From IMG/VR virus record IMGVR_UViG_3300024275_000007: 64,000 nucleotides of DNA; one strand, written 5' to 3'. Source of the DNA: a virus. This document shows positions 8,998-17,395 of this stretch, one piece after another. The notes beneath the pieces are model-generated. The model saw only the letters and a list, made by a program, of their open reading frames with translations. It was not told where the DNA came from and made no database searches. The translations under genes were made by a program, and so were the position numbers. Numbering within the stretch: position 1 is the first letter of the stretch; the number at the start of each line of letters is the position of its first letter.

Positions 8998-10281
8998 ATG
9001 GACCTGAACCTCGCAAATAGTTGGCCATGGTTGGCAGGCGGCGTTGCCGCTATTGCTGGGGGATGGGGATTAATACGGAGTGTCCTGGAATGGTTGAGTA
9101 CTCTGTTTGTTGGTCGTATCAAGAATGAAGGTGATGTTGTAGCGGTGTGCTGGTTCGTCTGGAATAAATGTTTTAGAGTGCCAGTTGGTGCTCTTAATGC
9201 GACGTGGACCGTGTTTAACCGTGATGGCTCAACTCGTGAGTACGGGGCCTATGAGTCACCGGGAACCGACATACTGTTGGTATTCTACGGTATAATACCA
9301 TTAATCATCACTGACTCCTCACGGACAAGTCCGGGTGGTAAGTTAACCATTAGCTATATCCGTGGAACTATTAATCCAGCCAAGTTCTTGAAGGATATTC
9401 AGAGGGCATATAAGAAACGGACTATTAAAGGCAGGTTCAGAGTCGGCTATGTCCATGGTTTCGCCAGCACTGCCGGTAGTAACTCCAACAGCAGCAGACC
9501 CACTGAGGCGGCGCCTGTTCAACATAATACTGGGGCGGATTTGTATCCCGGTTATCGACCAATAACACATAGCGCAGAAGAACTGACATCCTCCACTGGA
9601 GTAGCATCTATTGATGAGTTAAGTCTTGACGATGATATCCTAGAGGCTATTAAAGAAATCGAGCAATGGCTGACACTCAAGGATTGGTATAAAGAGAAAG
9701 GTATTCCATGGCGTCGCGGCTGGCTATTGACTGGTAAACCGGGGACTGGCAAAAGTACGTTAGTCAAGTCCTTAGCTAAGACTATGGACGTGCCTGTGAT
9801 GTACTTCGATTTATCGACTTTCCTTAATAGTTGCTTCATGAGTGCTTGGAAAGAGCAGTCAGCTAATACGCCATTCATTGCATTGTTTGAAGACATCGAC
9901 GCGGTATTCAATAAACGGGATAACCTCAACAAGACTGTTAATGGTGGCTTGACCTTCGATTGCTTCCTCAATGCCATTGCTGGTGCTGATACCACAGACG
10001 GCATATTCACTGTTATCACAACAAACGACATCACTAAGATCGACCCAGCTTTAGCTGTAGTCGATGAACACGGTGGTACTTCTCGCCCGGGGCGCATTGA
10101 CCGCATCCTGGACCTGAAGACCCTTAGTAGTGCGAGTCGCACGAAGATCGCTAAACGGATATTGAAGGATCACAGCCAATCCTTCATCGATACTGTAGTC
10201 AGTAGCTGTGACGGATTCACAGCAGCGCAATTCACTGAAGTCTGTGTCCGCAGAGCCCTTAAAGAGAAATGGAACAAATGA
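8998..10281 (+). CDS. BCS1-like membrane-anchored AAA+ ATPase (track start 8965)
   Basis: N-terminal hydrophobic segment; PWRRGWLLTGKPGTGKS Walker A; LFEDID Walker B; TTN sensor; DPAL...RPGRID. Confidence 0.88.
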   Translation: MDLNLANSWPWLAGGVAAIAGGWGLIRSVLEWLSTLFVGRIKNEGDVVAVCWFVWNKCFRVPVGALNATWTVFNRDGSTREYGAYESPGTDILLVFYGIIPLIITDSSRTSPGGKLTISYIRGTINPAKFLKDIQRAYKKRTIKGRFRVGYVHGFASTAGSNSNSSRPTEAAPVQHNTGADLYPGYRPITHSAEELTSSTGVASIDELSLDDDILEAIKEIEQWLTLKDWYKEKGIPWRRGWLLTGKPGTGKSTLVKSLAKTMDVPVMYFDLSTFLNSCFMSAWKEQSANTPFIALFEDIDAVFNKRDNLNKTVNGGLTFDCFLNAIAGADTTDGIFTVITTNDITKIDPALAVVDEHGGTSRPGRIDRILDLKTLSSASRTKIAKRILKDHSQSFIDTVVSSCDGFTAAQFTEVCVRRALKEKWNK

Positions 10282-11147
10282 CTGAATTCAAAGTAGGCAC
10301 CGAGGTTGCCGTTAGTTCTAACATTTATCACAAGCCGTATATGCATTGCCGTATTTTAGATACAGCAGTTACCCCGCATGGCACGTATTTCTTAACTAGA
10401 GTCACGGAAACCTTCGGCAGTAGTCAGGCTGTCGGTGATATAGTGTCTGTACCGCTCTGTGATTGTACCGTTATTGACAAGCAGCCTGCACACGAACCAC
10501 AAACCGTAAGAGAGACCATGAACGAAATCGAAGTTGCTATCATTACTGATGTACTCAAGTACCGCAATGATCATCCTGGTGCCTCAGTGGAACAATGCGC
10601 TGCTGATCTCGGCCTATGCCCGGAAACTGTTACAGCGGTTATTGAGTCACCGAATCGCCTGGCGTCAGGTGTTACGGTACTAGCAGACAAGGTTGCCCCA
10701 GCTATTACTGACGCCTTAATGACCGAAGCCCCAGAGGGCAGCACCAAGCCTATTCCGACGCTAGCCGGCTCTGTACGAGAGGGCGCAGTGCATCTACCGA
10801 TTCTTGATGATATCAAGACCGTTGGCCGAGAGGCCTCAGCTGAGGCCTGTACCACTAAGAAGGATGAGCCGTACAATCACAGCATGGGCGTTAAGCTGGT
10901 AAGCGCCGGAGCCAGTGGTGAAGATGTCCTTCTCGAAGCTGAGACTGTGAGTGAGCTGATTTACATTATTGCTGGTGCCCTACAGAAGCTGATAAACGAG
11001 TATGATTACGGCACCGAGGAGGCCAGAGTAGAGGCTGAGGACTTCATCAGTGGTCACTTCAGACAGCTGAAGTTCCTCTGCATGGAAGCCGAGCAGCTCC
11101 ATGGCATCCTAGAGGATGAGTATCTCCAACAGGAGTATCAGGAGTAA
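10278..11147 (+). CDS. hypothetical protein with possible central HTH
   Basis: ATGA-coupled start; HPGASVEQCAADLGLCPETV looks HTH-like. Confidence 0.75.
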   Translation: MTEFKVGTEVAVSSNIYHKPYMHCRILDTAVTPHGTYFLTRVTETFGSSQAVGDIVSVPLCDCTVIDKQPAHEPQTVRETMNEIEVAIITDVLKYRNDHPGASVEQCAADLGLCPETVTAVIESPNRLASGVTVLADKVAPAITDALMTEAPEGSTKPIPTLAGSVREGAVHLPILDDIKTVGREASAEACTTKKDEPYNHSMGVKLVSAGASGEDVLLEAETVSELIYIIAGALQKLINEYDYGTEEARVEAEDFISGHFRQLKFLCMEAEQLHGILEDEYLQQEYQE

Positions 11148-11824
11148 TGCGGCTCAAAGCTTCGGAGAAAGACATTAACTGGGACGATATCCCAGATGAA
11201 TACAATTGGGTAGCATTCGATGGTAGTGGTGGATGCTTCGGGTATAGCACAGAGCCTTATATGACGTACAGTGGCTGGCACTGTCGTGGCCCAGCTGGTA
11301 CATGTTTCGGGCATCTACCCAAACTGACTGCACTTAGTCGAATCGGTGGAAGTGACGCTGTGTTCGAAAGACCAATGCAGAAGGTAGCCAAAATGGCTAG
11401 TTTCTGTATCAAGTGGGGAGTAAGCAAGGGTATTATAGATGGCTCGATTACCGTAGATGGCAAACTCTATAGCGCCCGTGCCGAGAAGGTAGCCAGTGGT
11501 AATAAGTGGATAGCTTACGTGTACCCGGCGTGTGGTGTTGGCTATGAGCCGGCATACGGTGGCGATCCACATGAGGCGTTCGCTGTACTGACTAAGCATT
11601 TCACTGAAGCAATGGAGCAGTACAACAAAGGTAGTAACACCCTGGACCTACAGAAGTTGTATGATTGGTTCTGTGATGACGGTGAACAGCCCAGTGTTGA
11701 AATGTGTATTCGACGCCTTGAAGAGATGCGTCGTGCTGAGATTGTTCTAAGAGGCTTCATCCATGATTACGAGAAGAACCACACCTTCCTCAACCAGGAC
11801 CAGTTCCCGGATACCGTAGAATGA
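11147..11824 (+). CDS. hypothetical phage protein
   Basis: INWDDIPDEYNWVAFDGSG...Y..EP N-terminal motif. Confidence 0.75.
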   Translation: MRLKASEKDINWDDIPDEYNWVAFDGSGGCFGYSTEPYMTYSGWHCRGPAGTCFGHLPKLTALSRIGGSDAVFERPMQKVAKMASFCIKWGVSKGIIDGSITVDGKLYSARAEKVASGNKWIAYVYPACGVGYEPAYGGDPHEAFAVLTKHFTEAMEQYNKGSNTLDLQKLYDWFCDDGEQPSVEMCIRRLEEMRRAEIVLRGFIHDYEKNHTFLNQDQFPDTVE

Positions 11825-12483
11825 AGACACCTGAACACCCACTATTTGAGAAGTATCCCCAGCTATTCCGTGAGAAAGACCTACCGGCGTCGCAGACCTG
11901 TATGTGCTGGGGCATTACTTGCGGCTCCGGATGGGGTAAGATCCTCGAAGATCTCTGTGCTAAACTGCATAAGCTCTTTACTGATGCCGGTTTAGAAGGC
12001 GACAATTACCCCTCTGTTGGTCAAGTCAAAGAGAAGTTCGGCACTCTCAGGTTCTACATGAATCAGATGCCGGAGTCAGTTAGCGAGAAGGCCTACGAGT
12101 TTATTAGCGAAGCCGAAAATCTCTCGGCTATTACCTGCGATATCTGTGGTGCCCCCGGTAAGACGAGGAATCGTAGCTGGGTAGTGGTACTCTGTGATGA
12201 CCACGCTAGACCCAAGGTCATAGATGGAACTAGTTGGGATACCATCTGGCGCTTCGGTGAGGCACACGAGAAGGGCTGGGATGATTGGCTCCTTAAGGCT
12301 AGGATGCAATTTAATGGTGATTACCCAGCCACTTACGATGAAAAGGCTGAACCACCAACGGTTCAATTCATGGACACTACGATTCAAGTTAAGAAAGAGG
12401 ATCAACGAAATATTGCTTTGTTGCTCAATATCGGTGTTATGGCCATACTCGAAGCTGACAAACCAAAGGAAACCCATGTCTGA
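11821..12483 (+). CDS. phage protein of the QVKEKFG(T/G)LRFY type with Zn site
   Basis: CGSGW, QVKEKFGTLRFY, CDICG...CDDH. Confidence 0.8.
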   Translation: MKTPEHPLFEKYPQLFREKDLPASQTCMCWGITCGSGWGKILEDLCAKLHKLFTDAGLEGDNYPSVGQVKEKFGTLRFYMNQMPESVSEKAYEFISEAENLSAITCDICGAPGKTRNRSWVVVLCDDHARPKVIDGTSWDTIWRFGEAHEKGWDDWLLKARMQFNGDYPATYDEKAEPPTVQFMDTTIQVKKEDQRNIALLLNIGVMAILEADKPKETHV

Positions 12484-12778
12484 CCTACCGCATTCGGTTG
12501 TACACGTTGTACACATCGAAGATCTTGATTCGCTATTCCCCGAGGGTGATTTCGATGAGTTCCTCGATTATCTCAGCTATGTCTGGGAAGTCACTGAGGA
12601 CATCGATGATGAGTACGGCGACTGCGCGCTGTTCGTAAGCAAGGATTGGCTTATGCGCAGAGCCTGTGATTTCGGTGTTACTGAAGATACGCTCCAATCA
12701 CTTGAGGCGCATCTCTTCCCGGAATTCTTTATTCAGATTGATCTCCCATCGATTGCTCCGGAATACGTAGAGGAATAA
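12476..12778 (+). CDS. highly acidic protein (start moved to ATG 12476)
   Basis: AAAGGAAACCC-ATG; 26 D/E versus 3 K/R in 100 aa. Confidence 0.8.
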   Translation: MSDLPHSVVHVVHIEDLDSLFPEGDFDEFLDYLSYVWEVTEDIDDEYGDCALFVSKDWLMRRACDFGVTEDTLQSLEAHLFPEFFIQIDLPSIAPEYVEE

Positions 12779-13066
12779 ATGCGGGTACCGAATATCCAAC
12801 AGTGCTATTACGTACCATTCAGTGAGCTGAAATGCTTCTTTGAAGGCGATCAGGCCAGCCAGTTCCTGGACTCAGTATCAGATGGTGGTGAGATAACATG
12901 GGGCAACTGTAATAGATCGCTTGCCTCAATTGAGAAATTCATGGTAGAGCTTACTGCTGCTACGGATCCACTTGGAGCCAACATACAGATTGCCCGTATT
13001 ACGGAGTTGAATGACTTCCTAGAAGAATTGCGGCTAAAAGAAGCTTACATTGACTTCGAAAACTAA
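12779..13066 (+). CDS. probable paralog of the upstream acidic protein
   Basis: FFEGDQASQFLDSVS versus LFPEGDFDEFLDYLS; WGNC versus YGDC. Confidence 0.7.
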   Translation: MRVPNIQQCYYVPFSELKCFFEGDQASQFLDSVSDGGEITWGNCNRSLASIEKFMVELTAATDPLGANIQIARITELNDFLEELRLKEAYIDFEN

Positions 13067-13078
13067 CCTAAGGACTAT

Positions 13079-13438
13079 ATGAAGAAGACCGTAACCCTGT
13101 GGCGCCCTGTCCTCCGTTGGGAGGATCTCTATGAGATCTCGAACAAGGGATCGATTCGTCGCCGTGCCATTTCAAGCCAGGACCACCGCAATGTGGTCTA
13201 TCATTTCCCGGAGCGTATCATTCGTGGTCGTGTCAATGCCAATGGCACTGTATCAGTGCGTCTAACCGATGGCGTTAATATCCAGCAGCACCAAGTACAT
13301 AAGCTACTCATGGATGCCTTCCCCAGCATCTCGGAGTGGGACGCTCTGGAGATCGCTGAGTATCGCTATGATACCGCAGTGAGGATGATCCAGCGTGACT
13401 TCCGATTCAGTGGCATTGCAGCGAAGGTACGTAAGTGA
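13079..13438 (+). CDS. NUMOD4 domain protein
   Basis: WRPVLRWEDLYEISNKGSIR, V.L...VHKLLMDAF; no HNH catalytic domain follows. Confidence 0.8.
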   Translation: MKKTVTLWRPVLRWEDLYEISNKGSIRRRAISSQDHRNVVYHFPERIIRGRVNANGTVSVRLTDGVNIQQHQVHKLLMDAFPSISEWDALEIAEYRYDTAVRMIQRDFRFSGIAAKVRK

Positions 13439-13647
13439 AAGTCACTGTCGTACCAGTTAAGATTAAGAAAGAAACGAAGCCTAAGGAGAAGAAGACTGAG
13501 TGGGTGGTTTTCTACGGTAAATTTGATTCAGAGGAGGGGCTTCTTGTCGATAACTCGGTGTATACCGTTAAGCCCACAAGTGAAATGATTAAGAGCGACA
13601 TGCTCGAAGACTGGGAAGTCCTACAAGTCCTAGAGGTGACAGAATGA
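13435..13647 (+). CDS. KPT-family small protein 1
   Basis: YTVKPT and WEVLQVLEV motifs shared by 4 tandem genes. Confidence 0.8.
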   Translation: MKVTVVPVKIKKETKPKEKKTEWVVFYGKFDSEEGLLVDNSVYTVKPTSEMIKSDMLEDWEVLQVLEVTE

Positions 13648-13871
13648 AAGTTGAGTCTGTACCGTTCAAGATTAAGAAGACTGATTTTACTAAGAAGGGT
13701 CCAGTTATTCGGTGGACATCAATTTGGGGTAAGATGGATGAAGATGGCAGTCTCAGTGTAGATACTACCGAGTATACCAAGAAGCCGACGAATGCCGAGC
13801 TTCAAGAGACTGCCGAAGATGACGGACTCGATGGCTGGGAACTCTTAACCGTACTACAGGTAACCAAATGA
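13644..13871 (+). CDS. KPT-family small protein 2
   Basis: YTKKPT, WELLTVLQV. Confidence 0.8.
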   Translation: MKVESVPFKIKKTDFTKKGPVIRWTSIWGKMDEDGSLSVDTTEYTKKPTNAELQETAEDDGLDGWELLTVLQVTK

Positions 13872-14104
13872 AAGCCAAACTCCTACCCATTCCCGAGATG
13901 CCTAAGCCCAAGCCGAAAACCGGCACGGGTTACTTGGCGGTGTTTGCTCAAATTGATCCCGAAGAGGATCCCGATTACAACGAGGGTATCAATTCCGAGA
14001 ATACCTATTACGACCACAAGCCAACAGCCGAAGAGCTTAAAGAGGAAATTAATGGCGCTGATGCCGGCTGGGAGCTTATTGCATTGATGGAGGTTAAGCT
14101 GTGA
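13868..14104 (+). CDS. KPT-family small protein 3
   Basis: YDHKPT, WELIALMEV. Confidence 0.8.
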   Translation: MKAKLLPIPEMPKPKPKTGTGYLAVFAQIDPEEDPDYNEGINSENTYYDHKPTAEELKEEINGADAGWELIALMEVKL

Positions 14105-14310
14105 AGATCAAAAATCTTCCTATTCCAAGTGAAGGCAAGACTAAGCCTAAGAAGCCAATAACCTACTGGGTTGTAACACAGGCCTTCAATGAAGACGATG
14201 ATTTCGACACCACCGTAGATTGGTATACTGTTAAGCCAACTGCTGACCGACTCGCCGAGGATACGGATCCAGGTTGGGTCGTTGTTTCCATTGTCGAAGT
14301 AACGCTGTAA
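14101..14310 (+). CDS. KPT-family small protein 4
   Basis: YTVKPT, WVVVSIVEV. Confidence 0.8.
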   Translation: MKIKNLPIPSEGKTKPKKPITYWVVTQAFNEDDDFDTTVDWYTVKPTADRLAEDTDPGWVVVSIVEVTL

Positions 14311-14317
14311 CACCAAT

Positions 14318-14343
14318 CTCCGGGGTGCTTCGGTGCCCCGGAG
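14318..14343 (+). promoter_or_regulatory. stable C(UUCG)G tetraloop hairpin
   Basis: CTCCGGGGTGC-TTCG-GTGCCCCGGAG 11-bp stem with 2 G:U pairs; intergenic; no U-tract. Confidence 0.65.
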
Positions 14344-14349
14344 GCTGTT

Positions 14350-14544
14350 ATGAAACCGCCAAACCTAACCGTTGAAGCAGTAGTTGAGATGGCCCGTAGG
14401 CATGGACCTCTTGAGGTTAATCCGCTGAAGTACCGTAAATGGAGAGGCACCGATGCTTGCTTCCAAGCAGCCAGAGAAGGATTGCTGAAGAAAGAGCGTA
14501 TTAACTGCGGGAGATTCCGTTTCTACTACATCGAGAAAACATGA
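14350..14544 (+). CDS. basic small protein
   Basis: GAGG RBS, 64 aa. Confidence 0.7.
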   Translation: MKPPNLTVEAVVEMARRHGPLEVNPLKYRKWRGTDACFQAAREGLLKKERINCGRFRFYYIEKT

Positions 14545-14717
14545 CTAAAACCAAAAATGGACGTGTCTACAAAGCTGAACTACTAGGCATTCTCATTGAG
14601 CATTTCAAGAACCTTGACGGTGAAGAACTAGCTGAAGCAGCAGGCTGTGCCTTAGACAAAGAGATCACTGACTTAGGTAACCACTTCTTCATGATCGAGG
14701 ATATATGCCCGTATTAG
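14541..14717 (+). CDS. hypothetical protein (58 aa, not in track)
   Basis: ATGA overlap; MTKTKNGRVYKAELL...ICPY; resembles 15089..15277 and 15556..15744. Confidence 0.65.
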   Translation: MTKTKNGRVYKAELLGILIEHFKNLDGEELAEAAGCALDKEITDLGNHFFMIEDICPY

Positions 14718-14917
14718 ATCAGATAGAGCAAGCTGAAGCCAGAGCAGATAGGCAGTACAACGAGATGCTGCAACAGAACGGTAAACTACTCTGTGGCTGT
14801 GGCCGCATTTTTGATCCCGATGATGAAGGTGGCACACTAACCGCTGACCCCTATGCTATGCCGGCCTGTGGGTACTGTCTAGAACAGTGGTGGTTGGAAT
14901 ATGGAGGACAAACGTGA
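14705..14917 (+). CDS. zinc-binding small protein
   Basis: CGCG...CGYC; GAGG RBS. Confidence 0.7.
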   Translation: MPVLDQIEQAEARADRQYNEMLQQNGKLLCGCGRIFDPDDEGGTLTADPYAMPACGYCLEQWWLEYGGQT

Positions 14918-15102
14918 GTACACGTATCAAAGACGGCATAACCATGAGTAAAAACGAACTGACTGCTGACTTAGGTGAGATGCTGAGACAAGGCGACTAC
15001 GATACTGTTGTGGCAGCCGCTAATTTGATCATGCAGCGCAAAGTCTCTTTGCTCAAAGATTTCAAGAACAACGAGAGATTCCTGGTGCATGACTATGCCT
15101 AA
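14914..15102 (+). CDS. hypothetical protein
   Basis: GGAGG RBS, GTGA overlap. Confidence 0.65.
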   Translation: MSTRIKDGITMSKNELTADLGEMLRQGDYDTVVAAANLIMQRKVSLLKDFKNNERFLVHDYA

Positions 15103-15277
15103 TCACCGTAACAAGGAAATCGACGGTCCCGAGCGTCTCAGTGTCGATGAGGTCTGCCAGCGTATTGCCGACACCTTAGCAGACGTATATTCCGGTATGG
15201 ATATAGCGAGCATAGCCAACGGCATCCTGGACAAGAAAGTCACTTACGATGAAGACGGTATGTTTACCCTGAGGTAA
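15089..15277 (+). CDS. hypothetical protein
   Basis: 62 aa, in the operon chain. Confidence 0.7.
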   Translation: MTMPNHRNKEIDGPERLSVDEVCQRIADTLADVYSGMDIASIANGILDKKVTYDEDGMFTLR

Positions 15278-15279
15278 CT

Positions 15280-15555
15280 ATGAACAAAATACGTAAAGCT
15301 GTGACACTCATTGAAGTTATGATTATCATATCGATTATTGCTCTTATTGCCGCTATCACCATTCCAAGCTTTTTGCAGGTCCGCAGCTGGACGCAGCCCG
15401 GTCAGTATCGCATGTGGCATAACCACAGAGTATACGTTGTTACGGAGGATTATAAGACTTCTCCACAGACGTATATAGTGCGTACTGAGGATAACAAAGA
15501 AATCCATGTCAATTCAGATGAGTTAAGCCCAGACACAGCCGTGGAGAAGCAATAA
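15280..15555 (+). CDS. type IV pilin-like (prepilin N-methylation motif) protein
   Basis: MNKIRKA-VTLIEVMIIISIIALIAAITIPSFLQVR: basic leader, TLIE with E+5, hydrophobic helix ending IP. Confidence 0.75.
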   Translation: MNKIRKAVTLIEVMIIISIIALIAAITIPSFLQVRSWTQPGQYRMWHNHRVYVVTEDYKTSPQTYIVRTEDNKEIHVNSDELSPDTAVEKQ

Positions 15556-15744
15556 GTGGCTAGAAGCCTTACCAGGGATCAGCTGTGCTTGACTATCGCC
15601 ACTGAGATTGCTCAATGGAACAACGAGAGCCTCGAAACACTGGCGTGCCGCGTATTAGTGGATCACGTTAGACACATCGGGGACGGTATTTTCAAAGTCG
15701 GTGATATCGATGATATGAGGTTGAAACCAAAGGAGAGTCCGTGA
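15556..15744 (+). CDS. hypothetical protein
   Basis: 62 aa, abuts the upstream stop. Confidence 0.7.
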   Translation: MARSLTRDQLCLTIATEIAQWNNESLETLACRVLVDHVRHIGDGIFKVGDIDDMRLKPKESP

Positions 15745-16004
15745 AGTTCGCTAAAAAGTTTCTAATAGAGCTATTAGAAGACCATGATCCTAGTATTGTA
15801 GTGGAGGACACTATAGAGGATAAGAGTCGATGGACAGTTTGTCACAGACTTATATTCCGTCATGACGGTAAACTATACGGCACCCATTATTCAGTAGGTG
15901 CAACGGAGTACCAAGATGTAAGTCCGTTTGAGAACGAGTCCGATGAGATAGAATGTTCAGAGATGATGGCTGTTCCGTCAGTCGCCTATGTGATTAAGCA
16001 ATGA
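15741..16004 (+). CDS. hypothetical phage protein
   Basis: AAGGAG RBS; SRW....LIF..DGKLY...YSVGATEYQD. Confidence 0.75.
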   Translation: MKFAKKFLIELLEDHDPSIVVEDTIEDKSRWTVCHRLIFRHDGKLYGTHYSVGATEYQDVSPFENESDEIECSEMMAVPSVAYVIKQ

Positions 16005-16270
16005 ACGGCGACGACGTCGAAGAGATGTTGTCATTTAGCGATAAGACGTTGTATCCCAACAAAAAAGAGCGTGAGCAAGTTAAGTCGAAGCGTACTCTGC
16101 GCTTAGAGTTGCAAGAAGCCAAAGATGGGTTTATTACAGCAGCCCTTGAGTTATGGGATTCTCAGAACGACATTAACGGCCTATATGACCACTTCGAAAT
16201 TCAATGTCAGTTCAAGAAGACCGGCCACATCTATGGTATAGCATTGGAGGCTTTACGAAAGTCATCATAG
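16001..16270 (+). CDS. hypothetical protein
   Basis: ATGA overlap. Confidence 0.7.
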   Translation: MNGDDVEEMLSFSDKTLYPNKKEREQVKSKRTLRLELQEAKDGFITAALELWDSQNDINGLYDHFEIQCQFKKTGHIYGIALEALRKSS

Positions 16271-16614
16271 CCGGCATGAGGGACTACCATAACTACCAGA
16301 GCCTCTTAGAAGCTGTGGCGGAGAGTAAGTTCGACATTACTGAAGTAGTATCCGGTGGAGCATCCGGAGTCGATGCCCTCGGTGAGCGCTATGCCCACGA
16401 GAACGGTATCCCGCTTAAGGTGTTCCCAGCGGACTGGGCCAAACATGGTAACGCGGCCGGTCCCCTACGAAACAAAGAAATGGCCATCTACGCTGACGCC
16501 CTCATTGCTCTCTGGGATGGTCAGTCCAAGGGTACCCGCAGTATGGTTGGTTACGCTAATATGCGCAAGTTGAAGTTATACATCAAACCCATAGCCCCGA
16601 ATAAAACCGCATGA
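16204..16614 (+). CDS. SLOG superfamily (DUF2493/YspA-like) protein
   Basis: KVIIAG.RD, VVSGGASGVDALGERYA, PADW..HG.AAGPLRN.EMA, WDGQSKGT. Confidence 0.88.
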   Translation: MSVQEDRPHLWYSIGGFTKVIIAGMRDYHNYQSLLEAVAESKFDITEVVSGGASGVDALGERYAHENGIPLKVFPADWAKHGNAAGPLRNKEMAIYADALIALWDGQSKGTRSMVGYANMRKLKLYIKPIAPNKTA

Positions 16615-16919
16615 AAAAACTAGACTTCAATGATGTCTTAGAATTCCTCGATGGTGCTGAGCATTACTTAGTTAATGGCACCTTAGTTGATATAAGTGTC
16701 CTTAACCACGACTCTGTCTACGCCGCTCCGCGTATAATTATCTTTGGTCCAGTACATGTTTCATTGGAGGAAGAGGATATCAAAAACATCCAAGTCAATC
16801 CAGGTAGACCAGGTATTAACTTGGTTTACGGTACCCAGACCCTATCCATTATACCACTTAGGGGTAAGACCTATGAAGATTACGTTTCAAAAAGCCCAAG
16901 AATTTCTCAAAGGCGCTGA
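16611..16919 (+). CDS. MKxxF-family protein 1
   Basis: MKKLDFNDVLEFL...YLVNG. Confidence 0.75.
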   Translation: MKKLDFNDVLEFLDGAEHYLVNGTLVDISVLNHDSVYAAPRIIIFGPVHVSLEEEDIKNIQVNPGRPGINLVYGTQTLSIIPLRGKTYEDYVSKSPRISQRR

Positions 16920-17148
16920 CACCTATGAGGTCAATGGCGAGCCTCATAGTCTCGGGTTCAATGATCCCTGGTGTAATCTCTATATCAGCAGCAGCGGTAT
17001 CGAGGGATACTACCTCGCTGAGAAGGACACTAAATCGATCTCAGTTGATCCCAGTGGCGCCCTGATCTTTTTGACGAACAGACGCTACGAACCGATAGTT
17101 GTAATAAAGTCTTTTGCACTAAGGACATATGGAAACAATACCCTTTGA
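16873..17148 (+). CDS. MKxxF-family protein 2 (start moved to ATG 16873)
   Basis: MKITFQKAQEFL...YEVNG. Confidence 0.75.
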   Translation: MKITFQKAQEFLKGADTYEVNGEPHSLGFNDPWCNLYISSSGIEGYYLAEKDTKSISVDPSGALIFLTNRRYEPIVVIKSFALRTYGNNTL

Positions 17149-17395
17149 TACTATGATCGATTTCCTCAAGGATGTCGATGCTGTGTTCCTTAATTTGCAG
17201 CCAGCTGGATTCCAGGTAAGGCGAGATTCCAAAGATAAATGGGAACTACGAGTCACAACTCGCAGGGACTCATGGGACTTCACCGCAGAACATAACAAAG
17301 ACGTCACAGTCATTGGCGGCGGTGGTTTCAGACTCAGTGATGAGGATGGCCACAGCGCCGACATCATGTGCCTAACACTGAAGCCGTACAAGTGA
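17129..17395 (+). CDS. MKxxF-family protein 3
   Basis: METIPFDTMIDFL...NKDVTV. Confidence 0.75.
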   Translation: METIPFDTMIDFLKDVDAVFLNLQPAGFQVRRDSKDKWELRVTTRRDSWDFTAEHNKDVTVIGGGGFRLSDEDGHSADIMCLTLKPYK

